From Planctomycetota bacterium (GTDB lineage: Bacteria > Planctomycetota > UBA1135 > UBA2386), in assembly GCA_046290465.1 (NCBI GenBank), contig JBKAGP010000001.1, forward strand, positions 2,560,001-2,624,000: a DNA stretch of 64,000 bases, written 5' to 3'. The position numbers and the translations under genes are program-made. The notes below the pieces were generated by a model that had not been told where the DNA came from, did not search any database, and saw only the letters and a program-made list of their open reading frames with translations. Each line of letters starts with the position of its first letter. Within the stretch, counting starts at the first letter, position 1. Shown here piece by piece: positions 19,421 through 29,000 of this stretch.

Positions 19421-20788
19421 ATGCGCACGTCCACCCTGTTCGTCCTGTCGCTCGCGCTGCTCAGCGCGCTCGACCTCCCGGCCCAGGGCCGCGGCCGCCG
19501 CGGCCGCCGCCCGACCCAGCAGCCGCAGCAGGCTCCGGCTCCGGAGGCCCCGAAGAAGGAAGAGAAGAAGGAGCCGAAGAGCTACCTCGCGATCGTCGGC
19601 GGCGACGTCTACATCGGCACCGGCCAGCGCCTGACCGGCGCGACCGTGCTGGTCGCCGACGACAAGATCGAGAAGGTCGGCCACAACCTCGAACTGCCGG
19701 AAGGCACCAAGGTCATCGACGCCAAGGGCAAGTGCGTCAGCCCTGGCTTCGTGATCGTGGAGGGCTCGGGCATGGGCGCCGGCTTCAGCGGCCCCTACAA
19801 GGACACGGTCAACCCGTTCGACCAGTCGATCAAGCAGGGCCTGGCCGCCGGCATCACGTCGTTCCTGGTCGGCTCGACGTCGTCGCGCGGACGCGTCGGC
19901 GGCAGCAACGCCGTCATCAAGACGCACTACGGCGACATCGACGGCATGGTGCTCAGCGAGAACAGCGTGTGCGGCATCTCGGTGCCGCTGCAGCGCACCC
20001 AGAAGGAGCAGCTGAAGACGCAGATCCAGCAGTGCCGCGACTACCTGAAGGCGCTCGAGGACTACCCGGCCCAGAAGGCCAAGGACGCGAAGGCCAAGGC
20101 GCCGCAGGCGCCGCGCGGTGCCGACAAGGTGCTGGCGGTGCTGCAGGGCAAGGCGAAGCTGTGGGTCGCCTTCGGCGGCGGCCGCTTCAACCCGTTCGGC
20201 GGCGGCGTCAGCGGCGGCTCGTCCGACGTCGACAAGATCCGCGAGGCGCTCGAAGTCTCGCGCATGTTCGGCCAGGGCGTCGTGATCCAGAAGCCGGTCA
20301 GCGCCTGGCTGATCCCGGACGAGATCGCCAACACCGGGTCGAGCGTCATCTGGAGCCCGCGCACGCGGATTCCGGCGGACCCGAAGGACCCCGACCGCAC
20401 CGGCAGCAACCTCGCCCAGGCGGCGATCCTGGCCAAGGCTGGCGTGCCGGTCGCCGTGACGTGCCCGAGCGGCCGGTTCGGTGGGTCCGGTGTCGGCACC
20501 AACGGCATCCTCGGACAGGACCTCAACACCCCGCACGTCGACGCGGCCTACGCCGTGCGCGGCGGACTCGACAACCGTAAGGCTCTACGAACGCTGACGT
20601 TGGACGCGGCCGAGATGATGGGCGTCGGCGACCGGATCGGCTCGCTCGAGGCCGGCAAGGACGCCGACATCTTGATTCTGGACGGCGATCCGCTGCACTA
20701 TAGCACGTTCGTGACCACGGCCGTCGTCAACGGCAAGGTCGTTTACGAGAAGGGCAACGAAGCCCTCTTCCGACACATCGAGCGGTAA
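19421..20788 (+). CDS. Secreted amidohydrolase-family protein 9 (degenerate)
   Basis: ATG 19421 MRTSTLFVLSLALLSALDLPAQ; PGFVIVEGS (no HxH); IGSLEAGKDADILILDGDP. Confidence 0.88.
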   Translation: MRTSTLFVLSLALLSALDLPAQGRGRRGRRPTQQPQQAPAPEAPKKEEKKEPKSYLAIVGGDVYIGTGQRLTGATVLVADDKIEKVGHNLELPEGTKVIDAKGKCVSPGFVIVEGSGMGAGFSGPYKDTVNPFDQSIKQGLAAGITSFLVGSTSSRGRVGGSNAVIKTHYGDIDGMVLSENSVCGISVPLQRTQKEQLKTQIQQCRDYLKALEDYPAQKAKDAKAKAPQAPRGADKVLAVLQGKAKLWVAFGGGRFNPFGGGVSGGSSDVDKIREALEVSRMFGQGVVIQKPVSAWLIPDEIANTGSSVIWSPRTRIPADPKDPDRTGSNLAQAAILAKAGVPVAVTCPSGRFGGSGVGTNGILGQDLNTPHVDAAYAVRGGLDNRKALRTLTLDAAEMMGVGDRIGSLEAGKDADILILDGDPLHYSTFVTTAVVNGKVVYEKGNEALFRHIER

Positions 20789-20920
20789 CCCGAGCTGCGG
20801 GCCCTACCGCGAGGATGGTCGAGGCGGTGACCGTGGAGCATCCGGTAGGAGGTTCCGGGCGATGAGCCCGGGACCCGATCGGACCCGATCTGCCTCGATG
20901 TCATCCACTTCAGAACAGAC

Positions 20921-21337
20921 ATGAGCGTAGAAAGCCTGAAGGAACTGGACGACTTCTTCCGCAGCATGCGGCAGGCGTTCAACAGCCGCGACCTCAAGAC
21001 CTTCCGCTCGCACTTCTGGACCGACAAGCGCTTCCACAACCTCGACGCCTCCGGCCGCCGCGACCGCGGCTGGGGTGCCTTCGAGGAGGTGCTCGACCAG
21101 GAGTTCCGCTACCTCGAGTCGGTGCGCATGGAACTCAAGGACCTGGACTGTCAGGTCTTCGAAGACCAGTTCGGCACGGCCGTCGCGACCTGGAAGCTGA
21201 CCCAGGTCGACCCCGAGGGTCGCAACCACGAGCAGAACGGACGCTGCACGTTCTCCCTGTGCAGGTTCAGCGACGACTGGAAGATCGTCGCGCAGCACTT
21301 CTCGCCGCTGTCGGCAGAAGAAGCCGCCGCCGAGTGA
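20921..21337 (+). CDS. NTF2-like / SnoaL-like (DUF4440-type) protein
   Basis: 138 aa; N-terminal helix 'AFNSRDL' and C-terminal 'WKIVAQHFS' typical of the NTF2 fold. Confidence 0.75.
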   Translation: MSVESLKELDDFFRSMRQAFNSRDLKTFRSHFWTDKRFHNLDASGRRDRGWGAFEEVLDQEFRYLESVRMELKDLDCQVFEDQFGTAVATWKLTQVDPEGRNHEQNGRCTFSLCRFSDDWKIVAQHFSPLSAEEAAAE

Positions 21338-21410
21338 TTCTCGGTGGCCCACCCGCCGGCCACGCCCCAAGCCGGACTCCGGGTGCTACATTGACGGCCC
21401 TGGTCCTCAT

Positions 21411-24400
21411 TTGACGCAACCTCCCGTGACATCTACGGCTTCCGCTTCCGAGCACGCGTCGTCGGCCGGCAGCGGCGACGGCGAGCCCTTCCTCGCCAAG
21501 AACAAGATCCGTCTGGTCACGGCAACGAGCCTGTTCGACGGGCACGACGCCTCGATCCACATCTTCCGGCGGATCGCACAGGCATCCGGCGCCGAGGTCA
21601 TCCACCTCGGCCACAACCGGTCGGTGCGCGAGATCGTCGACGCCGCCATCGAGGAGGACGCCCAGGGCATCGCGGTGACCTCCTACCAGGGCGGCCACAA
21701 CGAGTTCTTCCGCTACATGCACGACATGCTGGCGGAGCGCGGCGCGCCGCACGTGCGGCTGTTCGGCGGCGGCGGCGGCGTGATCCTGCCCGAGGAGATC
21801 GAGGCCCTGCAGCAGCACGGCATCGAACGGATCTACTCGCCCGACGACGGCCGCGCGCTCGGCCTGCAGGGCATGATCGACGACATGCTGCGCCGCAGCG
21901 ACTTCCCCACCTGTGAGGAAGGCGACGAGCTGCCGAAGGTCTCGGCCGACGACCTCGGCAAGGTCTCGCGCGCGATCACGCTGATCGAGTCGTTCCCGGA
22001 GAAGCACCGCGAGGACCTGCGCAAGCGTGCCGCCGCGCTCGAGACGACCCCGCCCGTGCTCGGCATCACCGGCACCGGCGGCGCCGGCAAGAGTTCGCTG
22101 ATCGACGAGCTGCTGCGTCGCTTCCTGCTCGACTTCCCGCAGCACCGCATCGCCGTGCTGTGCGTCGACCCGACCCGTCGCAAGACCGGCGGCGCCCTGC
22201 TCGGCGACCGCATCCGGATGAACTCGGCGGTCGACGAGCGCGTGTTCGTGCGTTCGATGGCGACCCGCCGCGCCAACATGGCGCTGTCCGAGTCGGTGCA
22301 CGACGCGCTCGACGTGCTCAAGCTCGCCGGCTTCGACCTGATCCTGCTCGAGTCGAGCGGCATCGGCCAGTCCGACACCGAGATCGTCGAGCACGCCGAC
22401 GCGTCGCTCTACGTGATGACGCCGGAGTTCGGCGCGCAGAGCCAGCTCGAGAAGATCGACATGCTGGACTACGCCGACCTGGTCGCGATCAATAAGTTCG
22501 ATCGCCGCGGCGCGCGCGACGCGCTGCGCGACGTCAAGAAGCAGGTCCAGCGCAACAAGAAGGCGTTCGACGTCGACTTCGGCACGATGCCGGTCTACGG
22601 CACGATGGCCGCGACGTTCGCCGACGCCGGCACCAACACCCTCTACCGCGCGATCGCGAACAAGCTCGACGAGCTGCGCCCCGGCGACTTCTCGAGCAGC
22701 GTCGAACTGCGCGAGGGCGAGCCGGACGGCACCCACGTGATCCCCGGCGAACGCGTGCGCTACCTCGCCGAGATCGTCGAGAACAACCGCCGCTACAACA
22801 GCTGGGTGCACGAGCAGGCGGCGATCGCCGAGCGCTGCTACGTGCTCGAGAAGGCGGCCGCCGAGCTGCCCGAAGGCGCCGAGGCCGCGAAGCAGGCGCT
22901 GGTCGAGCAACTCGCCGAGGTGCAGAGGCAGCTGGCGCCCGAGTGCCAGGAACTGCTCGCCGGCTGGGACGATCGCTGCGCCCGGCTCGCCGCCGAACAC
23001 TCGGTGTTCCAGGTGCGCAAGCGCGAGATCAAGGTCCAGAACCACACGACTTCGCTGTCGGGCCTGCAGATCCCGAAGGTCGCGATGCCGCGCTACCAGA
23101 GCTACGGCGACCGCCTGCGCTGGCTGCTCGCCGAGAACGTGCCGGGCAGCTTCCCGTTCACGGCCGGCGTCTACCCGTTCAAGCGCGACGGCGAGGACCC
23201 GACCCGCATGTTCGCGGGCGAAGGCGGCCCGGAGCGCACCAACAAGCGCTTCCACTACCTCTCGCACGGCCAGCCCTACAAGCGGCTGTCGACCGCGTTC
23301 GACAGCGTCACGCTCTACGGCGAGGACCCGGCCGAGCGCCCCGACATCCTCGGCAAGGTCGGCAACGCCGGCGTGTCGATCTGCACGCTCGACGACGCCA
23401 AGCGCCTCTACTCGGGCTTCGACCTGTGCGCGCCGGTCACGTCGGTGTCGATGACGATCAACGGTCCGGCGCCGATGCTGCTCGCGTTCTTCCTCAACGC
23501 GGCGGTCGACCAGCAGTGCGAGCGCTGGCTGCAAGAGAACGGCAAGGTCGACGAGGCCAACGAGAAGATCGACGCGATCTACGCAGCCAAGAACCTGCCC
23601 CGCCCGCGCTACCGCGGCGAGCTGCCGCAGGGCCACGACGGTCTCGGCACGCTGCTGCTCGGCGTGACCGGCGACCAGGTCGTGCCCGCCGACGTCTACG
23701 ACGACATCCGCGCGAAGACGCTCGCGACCGTTCGCGGCACGGTGCAGGCCGACATCCTCAAGGAGGACCAGGCGCAGAACACCTGCATCTTCTCGACCGA
23801 GTTCGCCCTGCGCATGATGGGCGACGTGCAGTCGTTCTTCACCGAGAACGGCGTGCGCAACTTCTACTCGGTGTCGATCAGCGGCTACCACATCGCCGAG
23901 GCCGGCGCCAACCCGATCACGCAGCTGGCGTTCACGCTCAGCAACGGCTTCACCTACGTCGAGTACTACCTGTCGCGCGGCCTGAAGATCGACGACTTCG
24001 CGCCGAACCTCAGCTTCTTCTTCAGCAACGGCGTCGACCCCGAGTACGCGGTCATCGGCCGCGTCGCCCGCCGCATCTGGTCCAAGGCGATCAAGCACAA
24101 GTACGGCGGCAACGAGCGCAGCCAGATGCTGAAGTACCACATCCAGACGTCGGGTCGTTCGCTGCACGCGCAGGAGATCGACTTCAACGACATCCGAACC
24201 ACGCTGCAGGCGCTCTACGCGATCTACGACAACTGCAACTCGCTGCACACCAACGCCTACGACGAGGCGATCACGACGCCGACCGAGGAGTCGGTGCGCC
24301 GCGCGGTGGCGATCCAGCTGATCATCAACCGCGAGCTCGGCCTGGCGAAGAACGAGAACCCGCTGCAGGGCTCGTTCATCATCGAAGAGCTGACCGACCT

Positions 24401-24833
24401 GGTCGAAGAGGCCGTCTACGCCGAGTTCGTGCGCATCAGCGAACGCGGCGGCGTGCTCGGCGCGATGGAGACGATGTACCAGCGCTCCAAGATCCAGGAC
24501 GAGTCGATGCTCTACGAGGGCAAGAAGGCGTCCGGCGAGATGCCGATCATCGGCGTCAACACGTTCCTCGGGAAGGACGGCTCGCCGATCCAGGTCGTGC
24601 GCGAGGTGATGCGTTCGACGGACGACGAGAAGCAGGCGCAGATCGACGACCTGAAGACCTACCAGACCGCCGCCGATACCGATGCGACCGCGGCCCTGAC
24701 GTCGCTACAGCAGACCGCCCTCTCCGGCGGCAACGTCTTCGGCAGCCTGATGGACGCGGCCAAGACCTGCAGCCTCGGCCAGATGTCGCGCGCGCTCTAC
24801 GCGGTCGGCGGCCAGTACCGACGCAACATGTAG
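21411..24833 (+). CDS. icmF: Fused isobutyryl-CoA mutase (B12-binding + MeaB-like GTPase + mutase)
   Basis: [10 protein letters not shown] (DxHxxx B12 motif), [33 protein letters not shown] (Phe specificity residue), [27 protein letters not shown]. Start may be GTG 21426. Confidence 0.95.
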   Translation: MTQPPVTSTASASEHASSAGSGDGEPFLAKNKIRLVTATSLFDGHDASIHIFRRIAQASGAEVIHLGHNRSVREIVDAAIEEDAQGIAVTSYQGGHNEFFRYMHDMLAERGAPHVRLFGGGGGVILPEEIEALQQHGIERIYSPDDGRALGLQGMIDDMLRRSDFPTCEEGDELPKVSADDLGKVSRAITLIESFPEKHREDLRKRAAALETTPPVLGITGTGGAGKSSLIDELLRRFLLDFPQHRIAVLCVDPTRRKTGGALLGDRIRMNSAVDERVFVRSMATRRANMALSESVHDALDVLKLAGFDLILLESSGIGQSDTEIVEHADASLYVMTPEFGAQSQLEKIDMLDYADLVAINKFDRRGARDALRDVKKQVQRNKKAFDVDFGTMPVYGTMAATFADAGTNTLYRAIANKLDELRPGDFSSSVELREGEPDGTHVIPGERVRYLAEIVENNRRYNSWVHEQAAIAERCYVLEKAAAELPEGAEAAKQALVEQLAEVQRQLAPECQELLAGWDDRCARLAAEHSVFQVRKREIKVQNHTTSLSGLQIPKVAMPRYQSYGDRLRWLLAENVPGSFPFTAGVYPFKRDGEDPTRMFAGEGGPERTNKRFHYLSHGQPYKRLSTAFDSVTLYGEDPAERPDILGKVGNAGVSICTLDDAKRLYSGFDLCAPVTSVSMTINGPAPMLLAFFLNAAVDQQCERWLQENGKVDEANEKIDAIYAAKNLPRPRYRGELPQGHDGLGTLLLGVTGDQVVPADVYDDIRAKTLATVRGTVQADILKEDQAQNTCIFSTEFALRMMGDVQSFFTENGVRNFYSVSISGYHIAEAGANPITQLAFTLSNGFTYVEYYLSRGLKIDDFAPNLSFFFSNGVDPEYAVIGRVARRIWSKAIKHKYGGNERSQMLKYHIQTSGRSLHAQEIDFNDIRTTLQALYAIYDNCNSLHTNAYDEAITTPTEESVRRAVAIQLIINRELGLAKNENPLQGSFIIEELTDLVEEAVYAEFVRISERGGVLGAMETMYQRSKIQDESMLYEGKKASGEMPIIGVNTFLGKDGSPIQVVREVMRSTDDEKQAQIDDLKTYQTAADTDATAALTSLQQTALSGGNVFGSLMDAAKTCSLGQMSRALYAVGGQYRRNM

Positions 24834-24872
24834 CCCCGGTGCCGCTGGGCGCCCCGCTATCTCAGGCTGCCT

Positions 24873-24904
24873 GATCCGAAGGCTGGCCGATCCGAAGGCT
24901 GGCC
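24873..24904. repeat. 16-bp perfect tandem duplication GATCCGAAGGCTGGCC x2
   Basis: Read directly in the gap between convergent icmF and ECF sigma genes. Confidence 0.8.
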
Positions 24905-24920
24905 GGTTCTCAGCCGGGCT

Positions 24921-25613
24921 CTACTGCCAGCCCTGGATCTTGCTGGCCAGCGCGTCGATCTTCGCGCCGAGGCACTCGCGCACCTTGTCGCGCGCGCGCA
25001 TGAAGTGGCTGCGCAGCGTCGCCTCGTTGGTGCCGCCGGTGCGCTCGGAGATCTCGGCGAACGACAGTTCGTGCTGTCGCCGCATCACGTAGACCTCGCG
25101 CATCTGGTCGTTGAGCCGGCTGACGCAGTCCTCCTCGGCCTTCTCGAGCTCGCGGAAGCGCACGATCTGGGTAGGCGTCTCCTCCTTGGTCGGGGTCGAC
25201 TCCGGGATCGAGAACGGTCGCGAATCGGTGCCCGACGCGCCGACATCGCCCTTGCCGAGCAGGCCGAGCTTCTGGTCGCGGTTGTGCTTGCGCCACAGGT
25301 CGCGCCACATGTTGCCGGCCAGCGTCTGCACCCACTTCCAGAACGAGTCCTTGCCGCGATACTCGAACGAGTCGATCGACGTCAGGATCTTCAGCATCAC
25401 GTCACTGACGAAGTCCGTGAACTCGATGCCCTGCGGAAACGAGCTGCGGCCGAAGCGCGTCTTCAGGTAGTGCAGGCACTTCTGCGACAGCATGCCCCAG
25501 GCCTGCGTCTTCTCGCCGCTGACGACCTCGCGCAGCAGGAACTCGGTGCCACCGGCGCCAGCCTGCGGGGCCGGCTCTTCGGGCTTGTTCGGGTCGGAAT
25601 CGGATGACGTCAT
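24921..25613 (-). CDS. ECF-type RNA polymerase sigma factor
   Basis: Start ATG 25613. Region 2 EFTDFVSDVML...SFEYRGKDSFWKWV...NMWRDLWR; region 4 CVSRLNDQMREVYVMR...LSFAEISER...ATLRSHFMRAR. Confidence 0.85.
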   Translation of the reverse strand: MTSSDSDPNKPEEPAPQAGAGGTEFLLREVVSGEKTQAWGMLSQKCLHYLKTRFGRSSFPQGIEFTDFVSDVMLKILTSIDSFEYRGKDSFWKWVQTLAGNMWRDLWRKHNRDQKLGLLGKGDVGASGTDSRPFSIPESTPTKEETPTQIVRFRELEKAEEDCVSRLNDQMREVYVMRRQHELSFAEISERTGGTNEATLRSHFMRARDKVRECLGAKIDALASKIQGWQ

Positions 25614-25727
25614 GATGCTCCGGGAGACACGGAAGCATACATCATGCCAGCCGCTGCCGCGTATGCCTCGTCGCAACGAGGCCACCGCCGGTCGGATCGC
25701 GCGGCCAACGGCCGGTGCGAACGGCGA

Positions 25728-28700
25728 CTACGAGCGCTCGGCCCGGCGCTGCCGGGCGGTCTCGAGCAGCCGCTGCACGGCCTCGTCGTGGTCGCTGCCG
25801 GCCGTCGCGTTGGCGAACGTCTCTTCGTAGAGCTTCCACAGCGCCGAGCCGGCGGCGGTCTTGACCAACAGGCCGAGCCGCGCTTCGCGGCCGGCCTCGG
25901 CGACCAGGCGCTCGGGATCGAGCTGCTCGCGGATCGCGCCACGCACCCGCTGGTTGCCCGCGACCAGGTCCTCGAGGATCGCCAGCACGTCGTCGAAGAA
26001 GCGCGTCAGGAAGTAGTCCGATGCGGCCGCGCCGTCGGCCTCGCCGGTCGGCCGCAGCAGTTCGGAGCGGACCTCGCCCGCCGTGCGCAGCGGGGCACGC
26101 GAGCCGCCGGCCTGCGTCGCGCGCAGCGCCAGCTGGGTCCCGAACAGCCGCCGCCATTCGAGCAGCTCCTCGATCCAACGTGAGGTGACGTCGACGAAGC
26201 GCTGCACCCGACCGCAGAACTCCTGCACCTCGGCGCCGCTCTCGAGCTCCGGAGCTTCGGTCAACGCCCGCGCCAGCTGCCGAACCGAACGCAGGGCCAC
26301 CGCGGCCAAGGGGTCTGCAGGTGGTGGCTCGCTGGGCGGCGGCGGGGCCGCGACGGCGCTGGCAGCGCCCGCCGGCGCGACCATCTCGAGGATCGCTTCG
26401 AGGCTCTGCAGCAGCCCGTTGCGTCCGAGCGACTGGCGCGCGCCGTCGAGGCTCGCGCTGAGCGCGGCGTGCACTTCCTGCTCGCCGCGATCGGCGAACT
26501 CGGCGTAGGCCGAACGCAGCTCCTCGTAGACCTCCTGCACGCTGAGCATCGGCACCGCGACCGACTGCGTCGCCTCGGCATCGGCGCGGTGGAACGACAG
26601 CATGAACGGTCGGATGTGGATCACGCTGCCGTCGTCGAGCGGGTGCGGCACCTCGACCGGCAGGCGGATGCCGTCGACCTCGGTGCCGTTGGTGCTGCCG
26701 CGATCGAACAGCACGTACTCGCCGTCGACGCACTCGATCACCGCGTGCTTCGACGACACCATCGCATCGCCGAGCTGCAGCAGGTTCTCGCCCTCGCGCC
26801 GGCCGATCGTGACCCGTTCCTGGGAGAAGTGGTACTGCTGGATCGACGACTCGCCGACGCGGCCGACCGCGAGCACGAAGCCCGGTGGCGATTCGCCGTC
26901 GGCAGCCTCGACGGCGTCGGCCAGCGGCGAGCTCGCCCCCGGCCCCGGCGCCGGCATCGTGTGCAGCGGGGCGTCCGTCTCGCCGAGTTCGCCGCGCAGT
27001 GCGACGACGCGCTGGTTGCAGACCCGCGCGATCATCGCATCGCGCGCCGCGCCGTCGAACAGCTCGACGTGCAGCTGCCGCTCGAGGCTCTCGACCTCGG
27101 CCAGCACCGCCTGCATCGGCCGCGCGGCGCCACCGACGCCGTCGCCGCGCGCGATCGGCGACGCCAGCAGCAGCTTGCCGGCGAGCGCCATCAGCGCCTG
27201 CCAGATCGGCTGCGGCACGACCGCGGTGCCCTTCAGCTGCGCGTCGAACACCTCCTGGCGATCGGCACGGCGATGCATGACGTTCCAGCTGGCGAAGCGG
27301 CCTTCGGCCTCCTCGCCGTCGAGGATCTCCTGCCACATGTCGCCGAGCGGCATGCCGTCGTCGGTCGCCGCCGAGTTGGTCATCATGTTGACGCAGCGCT
27401 CGACCGCGTCGGAGACCTCGATCAGCGACTGTTCGTCGTGCACCAGCAGGATGCGCAACAGCAGCACACCGAGTCCGTAGAGGTCGGCGCTCGGGCTCGA
27501 GCGGCGCACGAACGACAGCCGCGCATCGAACGTCGCCTCGCCCCACGCCGACGTGCCGAGGTCGAGCACCGAAGCCTGCAGGCCCTTGGCCCCGACCTCG
27601 TCGACGCGCGCGGTCGCCGACGCCCCGCCGTCGATTTGCTGCACCAGCAGCAGGTCTCCCGGCAGCACGAACGACGGCACCCCGGCGCGGTGCACGTCGA
27701 CGACCAGCTGTTCGCCGCCGTCGGTGTCGGGCACCGTGCGGCACGCGACCGACATCGTCACCGAGCCGCCCTCGAGCGAACGCAGCGTCGGCGACAGGAA
27801 CCGCCGCGACACCTCGTCCTCGCTGACCTCGCGACCGGGCTGCCACAGCACCTCCTCCTTGTCGGGGGACGGCAACTGCACCGGACGCGCCCCGCCGAGG
27901 TCGGTCAACGCGAACCGCATGCGCCAGCTCGGCGGCAGCGCGCTCGATCCCGCCGTGTCGAACGCGACGATGTTGGCCGGCGAAATGCCGAGGTGGGGCC
28001 GGCCGCTGTCGTGCACGTCGCGCACGCCGCGGCAGATGTCGGCGAACGCCGCGAGCTTCAACCGCAGCGCCTCGAGCGTGCGCCCACGCGCGTCGCCGCC
28101 GGCCATCCATGCCCGCGTGCCGTGCGCCGCCGGCAAGCCGCCGCCGAGCCGCATCACCGCGGTGTCGAAGTCGGTCGCCGCCAGCTGGATCGCGGTCGAA
28201 TCGACGTCGTAGAACGACACCGCGTGCAGTTCTCGTTCGGCCGGCACCGCGCCGTCGCCGCCGGGGTAGCACGCGCCGCGGTGCTCACACGTCTGGCACG
28301 GCAGCTCCGGCGACGGTTCGTCACCGTGCGCGATCCGGGACCAGCCGCGGATCAGCTCGGCGAGGCCCGCGATGCGCGCGGCGCCGGTGTCGTGCTGCGC
28401 TTCGCCCGCCCGGTAGAACGTCAGCGGGCCGTCGGCGCGTCCGTGGTGCAGGTAGCGCACGTGGTCGGCGGCGTAGGCCGGCAGGCCGGCCCGCTGCAGC
28501 AGCGCATCGTCCCGGCAGACCTTGAGCGGCGCGCGCGTGTCGGGGCAGACCGGATGGAAGTAGCTGTCGGTGCGCCGGCAGTAGAACACCGGCGGCGACT
28601 GCGTCAGCGCCGACGGCACCGCGACCGGCGCGACCACGTGCGGCGAGTGCACCCGCAGCAGTTCGGCCCGTTCGAGTCGCCAGACCTGGTCGAGCTCGGC

Positions 28701-28967
28701 GTTGCTCGGCGGCGTGCGGCCGCCCGACGCCTCGGCCGAGACCGCGTCGACGCGCAGCTTCCACGCGAAGCGCGCCTGCGCGACCCCGTCGTCCCCGACC
28801 AGTTCGGCCAGCAGGATGCGGGCGTAGCGGCCTTCGTGAACGGTCACGAACGGCTGCGCCGCGCCGTCGGCGGCGCGCACCAGTCGTGCGCGCAGTCCGC
28901 CCGAGCCGGCCGGCGACACCAGCGTCGACCGGATCCAGGCTTGGGTTGCGCTCGGCCGGCCCTGCAT
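25728..28967 (-). CDS. Cys-rich / kinase-like (probably pseudokinase) + FHA + TagH-like C-terminal domain protein
   Basis: Kinase subdomain remnants HLGISPANIV, LTDLGGA and ADLYGLGVLL. Canonical FHA (TIGRR..VSSKHAVI..DRGSTNGT). C-terminus QLDPERL...ALWKLYEETF resembles the T6SS Fha/TagH tail. Confidence 0.7.
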   Translation of the reverse strand: MQGRPSATQAWIRSTLVSPAGSGGLRARLVRAADGAAQPFVTVHEGRYARILLAELVGDDGVAQARFAWKLRVDAVSAEASGGRTPPSNAELDQVWRLERAELLRVHSPHVVAPVAVPSALTQSPPVFYCRRTDSYFHPVCPDTRAPLKVCRDDALLQRAGLPAYAADHVRYLHHGRADGPLTFYRAGEAQHDTGAARIAGLAELIRGWSRIAHGDEPSPELPCQTCEHRGACYPGGDGAVPAERELHAVSFYDVDSTAIQLAATDFDTAVMRLGGGLPAAHGTRAWMAGGDARGRTLEALRLKLAAFADICRGVRDVHDSGRPHLGISPANIVAFDTAGSSALPPSWRMRFALTDLGGARPVQLPSPDKEEVLWQPGREVSEDEVSRRFLSPTLRSLEGGSVTMSVACRTVPDTDGGEQLVVDVHRAGVPSFVLPGDLLLVQQIDGGASATARVDEVGAKGLQASVLDLGTSAWGEATFDARLSFVRRSSPSADLYGLGVLLLRILLVHDEQSLIEVSDAVERCVNMMTNSAATDDGMPLGDMWQEILDGEEAEGRFASWNVMHRRADRQEVFDAQLKGTAVVPQPIWQALMALAGKLLLASPIARGDGVGGAARPMQAVLAEVESLERQLHVELFDGAARDAMIARVCNQRVVALRGELGETDAPLHTMPAPGPGASSPLADAVEAADGESPPGFVLAVGRVGESSIQQYHFSQERVTIGRREGENLLQLGDAMVSSKHAVIECVDGEYVLFDRGSTNGTEVDGIRLPVEVPHPLDDGSVIHIRPFMLSFHRADAEATQSVAVPMLSVQEVYEELRSAYAEFADRGEQEVHAALSASLDGARQSLGRNGLLQSLEAILEMVAPAGAASAVAAPPPPSEPPPADPLAAVALRSVRQLARALTEAPELESGAEVQEFCGRVQRFVDVTSRWIEELLEWRRLFGTQLALRATQAGGSRAPLRTAGEVRSELLRPTGEADGAAASDYFLTRFFDDVLAILEDLVAGNQRVRGAIREQLDPERLVAEAGREARLGLLVKTAAGSALWKLYEETFANATAGSDHDEAVQRLLETARQRRAERS

Positions 28968-29000
28968 CACGGGTGATGAGAGATCGCGCCCGACGCGATG

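Noticed and set aside
6888..20788. Treating the degenerate amidohydrolases as pseudogenes
   Set aside because: All are uninterrupted full-length ORFs with signal peptides, conserved terminal motifs and coupled starts and stops.
20871..20890. GGACCCGATC x2 tandem (and ACGGGATCGGA x2 near 36139-36171)
   Set aside because: Too short and too few copies to separate from chance or slippage in GC-rich DNA.
25728..28967. Calling a type VI secretion locus from the TagH-like tail
   Set aside because: No tss core, vgrG or hcp genes are in the window, and the similarity is by eye only.
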